Below, piece after piece: positions 1 through 13,198 of a DNA stretch of 64,000 nucleotides. Source of the DNA: Antedon mediterranea (lineage: Eukaryota; Animalia; Echinodermata). Position 1 is the stretch's first letter, and each line of letters begins with the position of its first letter. The position numbers were made by a program, and so were the translations under genes. The stretch is taken from the NCBI RefSeq assembly GCF_964355755.1, contig NC_092677.1:23485175-23549174 (forward strand), given 5' to 3'. The notes beneath the pieces are model-generated. The model was given only the letters and a program-made list of their open reading frames with translations. It did no database searches and had not been told where the DNA came from.

Positions 1-481
1 AAAATCGAGAAGATGGATACATGTGGAGTAATCTACGAAGTCACCTGCCGCAACTGTCCACAAGTTTACATTGGGGAAACAGGGAGGGCATTACAAACAC
101 GAATTAATGATCACAAAAAAAGATGTTACAACAAACACGGGGGGAGTAATGACTAGGGCCTCCAGAACATCCACATCTTCGATCATACACAAATCTGCCA
201 TTACAGAACATGTCATAAAACACAATCATGTACCGAACTGGGAGGCTACCATCTTAACCAAAGAGCCTAAACGCAAAGACAGACAGATTAGAGAATCATT
301 ACATATAAGGAGAAATAAAGAGAAGACCATGAACCGGGACACTGGAGCCCACGAACTCTCGCATTTGTACAATGATTTGATAGACACACCACCTGGCCGA
401 GCCCCGCACAACCTCCAACCTACAACCGGAGGCGTACAACGTCATCAACAGATGACGTCAAGAATGACCAAGCTGCATTAA
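1..481 (+). mobile_element. Penelope-like retroelement, 3' end of ORF (GIY-YIG endonuclease), frameshifted
   Basis: Frame 1 from base 1 reads KIEKMDTCGVIYEVTCRNCPQVYIGETGRALQTRINDHKK (GIY...YIG with CxxC). After the A-run at 115-121 it continues in frame 2 as ...SAITEHVIKHNHVPNW..IL.KE...R.IRESLHI.....MNRDTG, the typical Penelope/Poseidon endonuclease C-terminus. The frameshift lies in a homopolymer, so it could be decay or a sequencing error. Confidence 0.9.
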
Positions 482-482
482 C

Positions 483-535
483 ACTCCGCAGTCAGTTGAG
501 AAGGATCTCTGATAGAGATCGAAACGTTCGAGTAA
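483..535 (+). ncRNA. Candidate minimal type I hammerhead ribozyme (U3-A8 variant) in the Penelope 3' pseudo-LTR
   Basis: TTGAGAA (496-502), G, stem II GATCTC-tgata-GAGATC (504-520), GAAA (521-524), CGTTC. It lies immediately after the ORF stop, where Penelope-like elements are known to carry hammerheads. Stem I pairing is weak. Confidence 0.55.
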
Positions 536-1947
536 GTACTCCGTTAACTTGTGCTTTTACAAAAACGAAATTTGTCATCTATTCTATTTATAGATGATTG
601 TTTTAAAAGCAATGAATAGTAACAGATTTTCAGCGCCCTGAGCAAACATTTTGAAATGGCGCACTAGAAATGGAACGATTGATCGATTTCCAAAGTTGAC
701 ATTACAGTCAGAAATATTATACTGTACCATTCCTCAGTGAAAATGTTATAATTTATGTTGCTCCAATAGTTGGATATGTTCCAGCATTTTACACATCATA
801 CCATAATAAAACTTCACCTCTATGATACACTTCTTTGTAGTGCTAAAATCAAAACACCTGCCTTATCACTAACACCTTGATAATTGTACATACTGTACAC
901 AAAGTAGTACATGGTGAATATCTACAGTACACAGTGTTCTCTGTTGTTCTATGAAATTTCACAAAGATGAACAGGAAAAGTAAAAAAAGCTAAAAAATGT
1001 ATTGGCATAGAATTATAACATTTAGACTAACAAGGCCATATACTGTACATGGCTGGAATCGCGTGCTCAAATTTGAGTTAGTGTTTACCGACCAACATAG
1101 TGAGCTGTATGAGGCTAAAAATAGATTGCTGCTGAAATTAAAAACTACAGTTAGTTGATCCCAATTAAGGAGACATCTTCGGACCAATTCCCTTAATAGA
1201 TATGCTCCGAAATTAGAGGTTGGCCAGTACAGTATAGTGTACAGTAAACATTTACTCCAGTTTCGTTTCATAGGGGTAAAAAAGGAGGGGGTGCAGTACT
1301 GCATCGCTTTGTGATGGTTTGACCCAACTTACAACTGCATTACATTATACAGTAGGAATTCGTTAGAGGTGCATAGGATTATATTTGGTCATATGGTAGT
1401 ATAAACAAAAGTAATCTCAGAATCAGAAAAAGTTTTTCCAATTAAAAAGCAAATTTTAGATTTATTAGCCAACACCTCTCTGGGCAAATCAAAAGATCTT
1501 TCAACACAAGTTTCTCACTGCAAATTCAGAAAAAAAAAATCTATTAAACTTTTCAACTTTTGATATATCCTAGGGCCAAGTCAGGTCAGTTTATGTAGTT
1601 TAACCAAAGCCTATGGCTGTTACTGTTAATTTAATCAAAAATGCACACAAGACAGAGCTTTCATCATGAACACAAAGTTATTCTGTGTTGGAAGGTAATT
1701 GTTCTTACCAAAGATCTTTACTAGATTACTTTTTCTTGACAACAATAGTTAAACGAAACATACTTATTATACTTTTATATCATATTATTTTGTAAGTACA
1801 GAACACTGTCGTACAAAAGAGTTCAATTTATATAAAAGCCTTGCCTACTGTACAGTACTGATATTTTGAAGTTCAAATTTAACAAATAATGATAAAGGAA
1901 TATGCCATATCTACAATAATATTTCTCAAAATTCATAAATAATATAA

Positions 1948-2615
1948 ACTAGAAAGCCACTCCGAGAGGGCATATCTCCGCCTACTGTAAAATTCTCTTA
2001 CATAAGATTTCTCCGGTAAAAAAAAAAATATATATATATTTCTGCGTGTCTTAATGCTGTTTGTGATTTAGGCTAATTTCATTACAAGCATGTGTATGCG
2101 AGTTTGGTGTAATGGTTATGTAACAAGCCTTTCAATTAACAATAGCTTCAGTCGACTAACAATAGAACAGCAACGCGAAAATCAAACGAGTGAATTTGAA
2201 AAGAAATAGGTTTTTTAAACTACTCGCATCAAAAAACGTGCACATTATATCAGATTATGTTTTAAAATTACAAATCACAAATTATAACTCTTGCCTCTTG
2301 TTAAAAAATGAAGTTTTTTGGACAAGTAGTTTGAGAAAATGCAATTTCAGTTTACTTGTTACTTTAAGACTGCTCGCCGGCTTTTGAAAAATTCTGTCCT
2401 ATCTTTTAACACTAGCATGTCTAAAAAAGTATACTAAAAAGTGGTCCAGAATTGGGACTGTGTTCCCAAATGGTCCCAAAATCTAATGGAATGGTCCTTG
2501 ACCACATATCTACAGTGTATATGTCTATTCATTTTGGTAAAGATCGTGTAATTACTTTTTGAGTAATCCTGCTAACAAACAAACAAACAAACAAACACAC
2601 GCTACCGATTACATA
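1948..2615 (-). mobile_element. Helentron-associated non-autonomous element (HINE/DINE-1-like), copy 1, 5' tip missing
   Basis: Colinear and highly similar to 31610-32284 over ~660 bp. On the minus strand it has a (GTTT)n microsatellite near the 5' end and a short stem-loop followed by CTAG-TT at the 3' end. Confidence 0.75.
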
Positions 2616-4344
2616 TACATATCTAGAGTTTATAAAATATGTGGTAGAAGAACCCAAACTGTTACCACAAACCAGCTTTGATTCTACTATTACTATACAA
2701 TATGGCTTGGAGCGATGCAAAATCTGCTATTGCTAGTACATTACATTATGGAATATAAAAATAGTTTTATAAGCTCAGCAATTGTTGTACTCTATTAATA
2801 TAAATGAATTGAATTTAATTCATAAAGAAATAAGATAGAATTTTTCAACAATTATGAAGGTCATTGCTATACTGTATAAATACTAATATAGTAATATCAT
2901 TGTTCTAATATTGATTATCAGAATTAAAGATCCCACGTACAGTACACTATGTTGTAACTGTATCCATGGAAACCAACTATTTACTCAATGATTGAAAGCT
3001 TCAAAATAAATTATTTAAAATCAATTAATATTGATAAATAATAAATAGAAGAAAATAAATTTTGAGATTATGCATAAAAATAAGAAAAAAAACCTCACAA
3101 ACTAAGCACAAAGACTATTGTAAAACAATCCCAATAAAATACGAGAATTTAAATACTGTACATACTGTACTACTGTACTGTAGATAGTAGTAGCGATTAT
3201 TAAAATTGGTCAAGGGTTATTTAACAATTATTGTAAGGAACCTCTTATGATGATTACAAATCCTATCCAATTAATCACTCTTATGTAGTTATTCAACATT
3301 ATAAAAACATATATATTAATAATTAATTTCTACCACTTAAATTTCCAATCTAGTTTTTAAATGTAGTACACATTCTATTCAAAAACTATCTCATAGTCTT
3401 ATAAATTCATAAAATGATATTAAATTAAAAAAGATAAAAAAGTACTGTAGTCGTAAAGATTTATTCCAGTTACTGTTCACTAATAACATAACTATCAAAA
3501 TACAGTATAAGTTTAAATTCACTGGGTACTGTACTATAGTATATTATGTTCTAATATGCAATATATTTCTTTACAAACCAAGATATAATGTAAGTGCTAT
3601 AGACCTAAAGTCAGTACAAATTTAAATTCTGTATTCGCCATTAAAATACAAAAGTACATGGCAAGGAATGACCAAAGTTTAAAATAAAACTTTGACCCTC
3701 AGGCTGGTTACCGTACTCTGTCTCAGAACCCAGAAAAATCATAGACATCACTGGAATATTTAAATTTCTAGAAACTGGGTCATTCAAGTCCAGGTTCTGA
3801 GCAACATATGATAAATCATTTTGAAGTCCACAACTTCTCTGACAACCAAATACCTCACAACAACCACCCTAATTTAACAGCAATAAGTACAAAGAATGCT
3901 AAAAATTGAATTATGAACTATAATAAAGTTATATTGAAATTGAATACAGGTTGGTAGGTACAAGATTGTGTCAGTCTGCAGGTGTCCAGAATACCTGATC
4001 TCTCATGTGCCACCACAGACTGGTCTAAATTTCCCCCCAAGGAGTATAATTTCCTACTGTATGTCCAAGTTTCAATACAGCTGGTGAAATACTAGTCATA
4101 AACACTACAGACTTCATACTTTACACTATTCATGTACTTTAACCTCAATTTCAAACTATTATAATTTATAGCTGCTTGTGTGAAGTCACTGCCAAGTTTA
4201 GGAAAATAAAGTTGCAGATGTATTTTCAATGACGTAAATCCTACTTCCCCACAGAGATCATCAACCTATTTTGTACTAATCTTCTGGTTTGGTAATTGTA
4301 AAGTTGGCAAGCTCTGGTCAAGTACAGTAGGAATGCTAAATACA

Positions 4345-4756
4345 CAGTAGAGCCTCTGTTTTACGTACCCCGATTTTACGTTCCCTTGATTTTACGTACG
4401 CTAAAAATGACCAATGATATCATCATTTTCTTACATTGAGGGCGCAATTTAACAACAAAATACAAGACCACTTTACTTAAACACCGCACAGCCTGTATAC
4501 AGTCACGATATAGACACAGTACTTTTATAGTTAGGCTTCGCATCTTGCTAGGCCTGCTAGCCTAGTCTAGGAAAGGCCTAGCTAAGCTAGTGACCACCTG
4601 CATGCTGTACAGTAAAGCAGGTAAACACAGCAGCCTTTTATGTAACTACAATCTACGTATTTGGGAGTCAATTTAAGGTCAACCTGGATTTTACGAATCC
4701 CATGTTTTATGCATGCCTTTCGGTCCCGTACCGTTCGTAAAATGAAGGTCCTACTG
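4345..4756. mobile_element. pogo/Tigger/Tc1-like MITE
   Basis: Imperfect TIRs CAGTAGAGCCTCTGTTTTACG and revcomp CAGTAGGACCTTCATTTTACG, with internal GATTTTACG subterminal repeats. The right flank is TA (4757-4758) and the left flank is CA. Confidence 0.7.
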
Positions 4757-5497
4757 TACCTAAACATTTCTTTCTTTCTACTGACCTCTAGGTCAAATAC
4801 GTAGAAAACAACAATGCAATATTAAAATAGTTCAATTTATAATTGAACAATAACAGCTCAGGAAAAAATGCACAGAAATAGTAACCATTATAATTATTCA
4901 AAAATGTTAACTGTTTTCATTTTAAAACAGAATTCTCAAGTCTAAAATTAATGATCAATGGTTTCGATAACAAATGTCTGCAGTACAGTAAATAGAAAAC
5001 TTCAGTTTTACGCATCATTTCCAGCAGTTATTTTACACATGCGGACGTGTTTTTGATGCGGAGAATGATTTGGGATTTGATGTGCATTGTAGTTACTTTG
5101 TATTTTTTTAATATAAAAGGCAACCACGCTATGTTTTAATGCTTGTACAGTACGATCAGGAAAGAAAATACTGGAAGCAGTACAGTAGTTTATATACAGT
5201 TATCCTTATTTTTGTACATCCATAATTGGGCCAAATTTCCGTATATTTATTGGAACTCTGTCATAATTCAAGATGGAAGTGTTGCGATTGATTATAATTA
5301 ATCAATCTACAGTATTGTGCTTTTTTCATAAATTGTCTTTTATAGTTGTAGTTGTGATATAATTGATATTAAATGGTTTGAAAGAGGTTTGTGCAGTGTT
5401 TTTGGGGTTTGCACAGTTTAGCAATAACCCATGCACACTCCTTCCTTGCTGTCAAATTATTATATTGCACCATGGAGTAAAACTCAAGATTGTACTG

Positions 5498-5627
5498 TAC
5501 AGTATATTGTATTCTATAGTAGGCACAGCAGCCTTGCCCATAGACACAGCCACAACCTACTGTCTATACAATATATTGTATTCTATAGTAGGCACAGCAG
5601 CCTTGCCCATAGACACAGCCACAACCT
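5498..5627. repeat. Two-copy tandem duplication (~69 bp unit)
   Basis: TATATTGTATTCTATAGTAGGCACAGCAGCCTTGCCCATAGACACAGCCACAACC occurs twice in succession. Confidence 0.9.
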
Positions 5628-8122
5628 TTAAGCTGTTGCTCCATTCTGTAACACATGCTGTTTTAATCTCTGCATTTCTTATTGTTTTTAGGGTAATATA
5701 TGCATGCATACACAATAGCAAAATTCACAACTGAACTGCTATGGGCAAAAAATTGGTATGGTTCATTCATTGAAGTTGTGGGTTAATTAAGCACTAAATA
5801 TAAGGTACACTGTACATCAACATTGCTAAACAGTTGTTACAGTATATGAACATATAGTAGTTACAGTAACTGTTTAAAAAAACAGATGAATACACAAATA
5901 TGTATTACCAATATATTACAAGTATTAATGTGTTAAGTATTTCTTTAGAGTACAATAATAAAGTAGTTCTGAATTACAGTAAAACAGATATTGTCTCATA
6001 CTAAATACAGTTAAAAAACTGAAAGATAAAACTTGCTAAATGCAAACACGTCTCTATAGAATTTAAAAATGTATATGTTTGATTAAAAATCATAATTTTG
6101 TTGTTTTAAAACATTTTAAAGTTGTTTACATCCTTTTAAATTAATATTGAAAAATAATTACAATATTTGTGGTTATTACGGTATATTAAATAGTTCTTTC
6201 ATACAGTTACCAAATTTACATTAACTGTAGTTTTGTTTAATTGGAGCATTCTTTCAAATTTGAGAAGACCCACACTAAGCTGGGAATCAATTCATTCTTT
6301 GCAGGGTATAACATGCAGTTAATTTGAAAATTTAAATTTGCTGGCTTGAATTGAGCTCATGTACTACTTATAGTAGGAAGGTAAAGAGGAAGATGGAACT
6401 AATCTCTCAAATTTAACAGAAACTGCATTCAAGAGCAGCAAATGCGGTATACTCTCTCAAAAATAATATAACTGCAGGTACAGTACAGTATCAAAAAGTA
6501 ATTCATAATTTCATTTACAGGTAGCTGTTAAAAGAGGATAGTGCCACCCTCCCTCTCTGGTAGTGTCCCATCTTAGGCAAGTTTTTAAGCCCGTTTGATG
6601 TGATGTTGTACAGTACTGTTAAGTGTACAATTGCTTTTGTGTTTCTTTATTTTTTAAACTGTCCAGACACCAGCAAAAGTGTGTTTCCATAGATCAAGAT
6701 TGAGCCCCAATGAAACCAAACCATTTTTACCTGCACTATACCACCATATTGAAAAAAAAGAAGTTCCTGCCAAATATTGCAATTCCTCAATTAACCTTTT
6801 CAAGTAGCCTTTCCAGATGGTTTTGTTCAGTACAAAACACATAATCCTTCTACTACTACACAGTATATATGTGAATTTAAGCGTAGAAATGTTCTGCAAT
6901 TTTCTTTTTATTCTCCATACCTTTAGTACAGTACTATGTACAGTATTATAAATATTTTAAAAAGAAAATATACTTTATAGTGAGGTACTGTGGTGCAGTA
7001 TTTAGAGTATTGGGCATACAGTTGGCAAGTTCCGCCTTGTTCTTCTCCACCCCAGGTATAGGTACGGGTACTGGTATGTACCGAGAAGGTAACTGTAAGG
7101 TGAAACTTGTTAGAAAAGAGTGGCGTACAATATGTACCAGGTACCAGTCAGTGTACTGTAAACATGCACAATACTGTAAATTAAGTCTGGCCCAAACGCT
7201 AAAGAAAATGGAGATGGGCAGTACACAGATTTTCCAACCATCATATCCAAGGGTGTGTATATTGGCAGACATACAGCAGACTTTCACCATGTTAAACATT
7301 TATGAGAAAATTGTCTTCCTTATCCTCCAAGATAAGAAGATGTTAAAAATACATTTAAAATTGGGGTAAACAAGCGTACAGTACACATGCATGTCATTTC
7401 TAAATTTAAAATGTAAGATAAACAAACCTATCAAACATTCGGGTTAGGGTTAGGTTAAATATAACCGAGGGATACAAAAAGTGTTTACTGGTTGTAACCT
7501 GAAAAAAAGTTGAGGCTTGATCTGGCAATTCAACTTGTAGAATTTTGAATTAATATTTTCGATTTGTTCATTTACTATTTATTTGCTACTGTTGTCGGTT
7601 TAAAGTTCATTTTGCTAATGTGATTTTTACTTGCTTGCTAGTGAAAAAAGGAAGTGAATTTCGATGACAGGTACAATACGAGCTACTGTATTATTATTGT
7701 GATTTAGTAATATTCGATAAGGTTTCATCTTTGTAACACACACACGACACATGTCACTGTAGTATCGCATCACAGTTAACACATGATTCTACAGTACATT
7801 ACAGTACATCGCGATCACTATCGCATTACTACCAATGGTTTGTTTTTTTAATTTCGCCAACCATGCAATTCGACCAATCAAAAGTTCACCATTCATCGTA
7901 TCGTCGCACTCATCATCTCGGCCGTTAAAAAAATGTTTTGATACTGTATCAGTCCTACTGTATACTAGCCTACTGTATTAATTATTTTAAAATATTGTCT
8001 TAAGTGCAAATTCAAATTTGAATGTTTTTTTTTCTGCGAAAAATGTTTACATATGATATTATATCAATTTTTTTTAATTTAAAGTATTAAATTTACAAGA
8101 AAAATTTGAAGAAAAAACCTAC

Positions 8123-8971
8123 CTCTCCAGTATATGAATATTTTGCCCGTAATATTTTTCTATATAATCTAGTTCTATTGTCATCATCAAATGGCATTCT
8201 ACCACTTAAGAGGATATAGGTAACTACACCTAGTGCCCAAAGGTCTACTGCGTTTGTATACGACTTCCGACATAAAATCTCCGGTGCAATATATTCAGGA
8301 GTTCCACACGTTGTATTCATCATTACATCATCACCACCTTTACGACAACTTGCTAATCCAAAGTCTGTTATCATTATTTTGGAATTTTTTCCTGGATGAT
8401 AATATAGTAAATTTTCCGGTTTAATGTCTCGGTGTGTAATTCCTAAATTGTGCAAGTACTTGACAGCATCCAACACCATTCTCAGTACCTGAGTTGCATC
8501 CCTTTCATTAAAATTTCCCTTAGCAACAACACGGTCAAATAGTTCTCCACCAGTTGCGAGTTCCATTACCATATATATTCTGTCTTTACTATCAAAAACT
8601 TCTATTAATTGGATAATGTGTGAATGCCTTACTCTTCTAAGAATTGATAGTTCTGTTTCACAAACCTCTTTGCCCTCCTTTCTTTTTTCTACCATTTTAA
8701 TTGCATAAGGTTGCTTAGTCGTTCGATGTTCAACACGAACCACCCGGCTAAAACTTCCAGTTCCAATTAATGCTTTAATTACATATTTAGCCGTCACTCT
8801 CGGATCAACCTTTACTTTGTATTTATGTACTTTTGGTCTGCTGGTATTGTCTGGTTTAGAGTAAGGAGTTACAACTCCACTTCCAAAACCCGTAGTTTCC
8901 ACATGTTTTACGAAGTCCTTCTTACCAATAATCGGGGAATCAGGGGCTAGCTTTCCACTACCGCAGCCCAT
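8123..8971 (-). CDS. PSKH1: Serine/threonine-protein kinase H1 (CAMK group), first coding exon, 283 codons; downstream exon not found in window
   Basis: The ATG at 8971 gives MGCGSGK (N-myristoyl/palmitoyl motif; human is MGCGTSK). It contains the PSKH hallmark DPRVTAKY.IKALIG.GSFSRVVRVEH plus HRDIKPEN, DFG and TTCGTPEYIAPE. It ends KYSYTGE|gtaggt at a phase-0 donor. The track's ORF over-extends at both ends. Confidence 0.95.
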
Positions 8972-10365
8972 CTTGGAAGCGATTGCCCGTGTTGGATCGA
9001 CTGCCAGAACTAAGTACGGTAGGCTCAGGCATAACTCGATATAAGCAAGCACAAACAACGAATTTTCATTGCAACTAGATGCTTAAAATATCTATCAACC
9101 ATCCAAGATCCATATCAGTTTAAAAGTTAAGGTTACTTCTTATTACTAGAATCACAATTCTGTGTTTTAACACTTAAAGTTCACTACCCAACGCCTGTCA
9201 TATTCACCATGCTAACCACTATGTTTTTCTTATGTTTTGGTAGGTTCTTTGGTAGTTGCTTACGATCGGAGAAGACGATATTCATCCGCGGTGGTACCAA
9301 ATGTAATGCGGTTTCTATATTCTCTTTTGACCTTCAAGAACACAAGATTACTACAGTATTTGAAGTGTATGTTTTAAATTACAAACAGCCAAAAACAACA
9401 GATTTATTTCTTTATTTTAACTTTATCTATTGTTTGAATCGATGACTCATAATTTAAACAGTTGTAAATGATCATAGTTAAAATGAGTAATACACTCATC
9501 TCTGTGTTTACAAAATTATAATTTGTATTTTGTGGTTGGTAAAACTTAGAAGAGACAGGACATTTTATGTACAGTAACAGTAATGTATATATATTTTTCT
9601 AAATAAGCAAAAAAAAAGTATCATTCCAATTTACAGTTTTGTTAAATGTTTCAGTTGAAAGAAAGAGGTTGGAGAGGGCGACAAAAGGTTGCAAACTTTG
9701 TATATATTTTTATTTTTATGAAAACTTCAATCATCATCATTAATTTAATTGTGTACTGTAGGCCTACTATAAAACATAGTTTGAATTTATTTGTCAGTTA
9801 CAATTATTAATAATTTTCCATATAGTTCAGTCGTGGGAATATAATCGCAATAATGCGAAGAGTGGTTAAAACGTCACAAATGTGTCAAAGTACGGTATGC
9901 ACTATCGCACCGCTTATCTTATGTTGATTAATTGAAACAGACACTGATTATTTTTTTCTAATAGAAAAAAAATGTAAAACATGTCACCATGATTGTAGAT
10001 TTTCAGTTGGTAAAAAAAGAGAGATTATTTATAGACTCTAATGAATTCAAATACAGTGGAAGCAATTTGCCAAAAGGAAATTTCAGATCTAAATTTGGTA
10101 ATGAAGTTAGCTAAGCTTTTTTTAGTTTACTTGTTATAACATAATAAGGCAATTACATGCCGAACGAGAGATTTAATTTACTCTGGAACACAAGGGAACT
10201 AAAGTGCAGCATTATAGTATTTGAAAATTATATATCTAGGGCAGTACATGACCTGTTGATGTATTAATACATATGGACATACTAATAAATATATTAACTC
10301 TGATAACAAAAAGTGTTTATTAGAAGTGTAAACACATATGGTTCTTGGAAACTTACAATGCCTCA

Positions 10366-10754
10366 CATAGTGGCCAAATCTGGCATAATTATGCCGTCTG
10401 GCATAATTTTGACCATCTGGCATCTGGCATTTATGCTAGGCATAATTTTATGAAATCTGGCACAATCTGGCATAATTTGAAAAACGCAAACATACAACAT
10501 ATTCACCACGATTTAGCATATTATCTGGCATAATTTGTACACAATCTAGCATAATTTGGCTGAAAACCCGAAGAGCTTTTTTTTTTTTTTTTTTTTTTTT
10601 GGCTTCCCACCTTTGTGGTACATAAAACATACACATAAACCGCCCTCTTATTCACTGTTTTGGTGCACTTTTAGCCTTAATTGTGTCTGGCATAATCTGG
10701 CATAATTTTGTGCTGCCACCTAGCATAATTTCATTTCGCTCGCTGGCCACACTG
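10366..10754. mobile_element. hAT-type MITE with GGCATAAT subterminal repeats
   Basis: Perfect 8-bp TSD ATGCCTCA (10358-10365 and 10755-10762). TIRs are CATAGTGGCCA and revcomp CAGTGTGGCCA, and there are many internal (TCT)GGCATAATT motifs. Confidence 0.85.
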
Positions 10755-13024
10755 ATGCCTCAGGAAATTTACTTAAGTGGGAAGTATGAAGGAATGAGCA
10801 CCTATCATCTCTTGATAATTTGAAAACAATCATAACGGTACCATTACGTCAGAGTATGGCAAAACGTCTGACCAATTAACATAGCTCCTTGACACAAACT
10901 ACATATTTCTCAGTAGTTAACATTTACTGTATCAACAATCAAATTACGTTAAATGCCAGCCACCTGTACCAACTATACAATAACATTTATATTGCCACCA
11001 TTACTATCAAATAGATTTAACCAAACATTCATTTTTTGATTATTATTATTATTAATTAGAGGAATAATGAACAAATTGTGGTGTTGAGAATTTAAATTTA
11101 TTTATTTATTTATTCAGCATCCATTCAACAATACATTAAAAATACAAACAAAGAAAAAAAACAAACATTTGGAATTTTAAAATTGAATAAAACCAAAGTG
11201 AATGGATGCAAGGACGACCCATAAAATTGACATGTCAATTTATTTCCAATTCATTGTAACAAGTCTGCAATTTTGTAGAGGGCGTGATTTAGGAAATAAT
11301 TGTGAATCTGGATGTTTCCAGAGAGTGTGTCGAACCAATCTATCTTTGGCGAAATATCTGAGACCATTAGGATAAGTAACTGAGAGGATTAATTCCACAA
11401 AAATTTAGCATTGTGTCTGTCTAGATTCCATGCTCATCTCAACTCCCAACATCATAACAAGTGGTTTGTTATAATGGCCGTCATCAAGGCACAACCATTG
11501 ATAAAACAAATGTTGGTAGTGTTTGCACACCTTTTGCTTTATTATATCATGTGAAAGACTGGATGGAGACATGGATAAAATAAGCTATTCTCCAGGTATG
11601 TAGCAGGCACATTTTTTCCATTTCAAAATCACAGGCTTAAAATTCAAATATGCTTGGAAGTTGCTATTTAAAAAAATTTAAATAAATAAAGAAAATAATG
11701 TAACAATTTAAAAATGGTAGAAGTGAGCTAAATCTAAATATTAAACTTGTAAATGATGCGTATGAGAAAAGGCTTTACCTAATTTGTGATCCCGTCACAA
11801 GATTCACATATTTCTGGGATCTGCCTTCGTCCATTTTCTTTATTATTTCTTGCCATTGTTGTTTTTTGTTACTTTTAACTCTAGGCCTAATAGTAAAATA
11901 ATAGGAAGTAATGTCAATGTTATTGACGCGGTTTACAGGCGCGATGTTATTAGCCAAAGTTAAGAAAATAATGGAGGATAACTCACACCTGTTGAATGAT
12001 AAATATGTTGTTAATAAATCAGGTAAAATTCTATTCCACTTGATGTAGAAAATCATTTGTCCACAACTCTATACCCTAACCCTCAACATATCAAAGATAG
12101 TTTGTTTTTTGTTTTCCTTCTGTAAACATAACTTTTTTACTAATATAGTTTTAATGTATTGTATTGATATTTTTAATGTTTTATATGTTGTATGTGTTTT
12201 TAAGCATCAAGGAAAACAAATTTCATGTTCGCCTTGTTGTGTTCATGACAATAAAGATTTATCTTATCTTATCTTACTTTTTGTCTTTTGGATGTTAATA
12301 AATGTTCTTTGAATTGAATTCTGCAAAATCTCCACTTTATTCTTGTTGAACTTATGTATGTTACCACCTACATGTTGAACTGTTGTTTAAATAAAGATAT
12401 AGGATAGAAAAACAGAAAGTATATTTACAAAACAATTTATATTTAGTATTTTACAACACATTAATATAAAGAATCAGGCATGAAAAAAAAGTATCAAATT
12501 TGTGAAAGTTTTTAAAAAGAAGAGTGTTTCAAGTCAATTTAATAAAGAAAGAGTAAAATGACTCTTTCCCAATTTAATTGTTTGAATTGCTGTAAGGAAG
12601 TGATGGAAGTAATCAATCCATCTGCCACAAATGTTCTATGTGCTATCAGGGAAGAGTTAAATTATTATTATTAATTTAACTCTTCCCTGGTGCTACCTCT
12701 AAACAAAAACCCCCTCCCCACCCACCAAACTTCCTCTATATATATGATTTCTACTCTTCTACTCTATTTGATAACATTCTCTATTTCATTTTAATTTTTG
12801 AAAAAAATCAGAAACAAAGAGCCTTTTCTTAAGTAAAGTTTTTATTTAACGATACATTGAATAGACCGATAAAAGATTTCATATTATAATCAAAGGTATG
12901 AGTTGACATTATTCAACAAACAAGTATTTAAAGTCTGGCTGAATAAAATTGTCACATCTATTGCTGATATGGGGTTTTTTCTATCTAAATACAGCATATC
13001 ATTGTTGCAGTATAACAAAGTTAA

Positions 13025-13198
13025 GGCGTGGTTCCCACTAGCGACGCAACACAAGGACGTAACGCAAGTGAATTGACCAATCACAAGCGATGGCTTATTC
13101 GCTTGTGATTGCTAACTGTCTATAACTTCGCTTGTCATTGGTTAAAACGCTTGCGTTGCGTTTACGTCCTTGCGTTACGTTCTAGTGGGAACCAAGCT
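13025..13198. mobile_element. PIF/Harbinger-like (Tourist-type) MITE
   Basis: Long imperfect TIRs GGCGTGGTTCCCACTAG..ACGCAA..AAGGACGTAA and revcomp AGCTTGGTTCCCACTAG..ACGTAACGCAAGGACGTAA, with TAA on both flanks. Confidence 0.8.

Noticed and set aside
6946-7369. Overlapping 117-aa and 129-aa ORFs
   Set aside because: No recognisable domain or splice context. They lie in the PSKH1 intron and are rich in the TACAGTA-type motifs.
8972-9058. Signal-peptide-like N-terminal extension of the kinase in the ORF track
   Set aside because: It starts at a non-ATG codon. The MGC acylation motif must be N-terminal, so the ATG at 8971 is the likely start.
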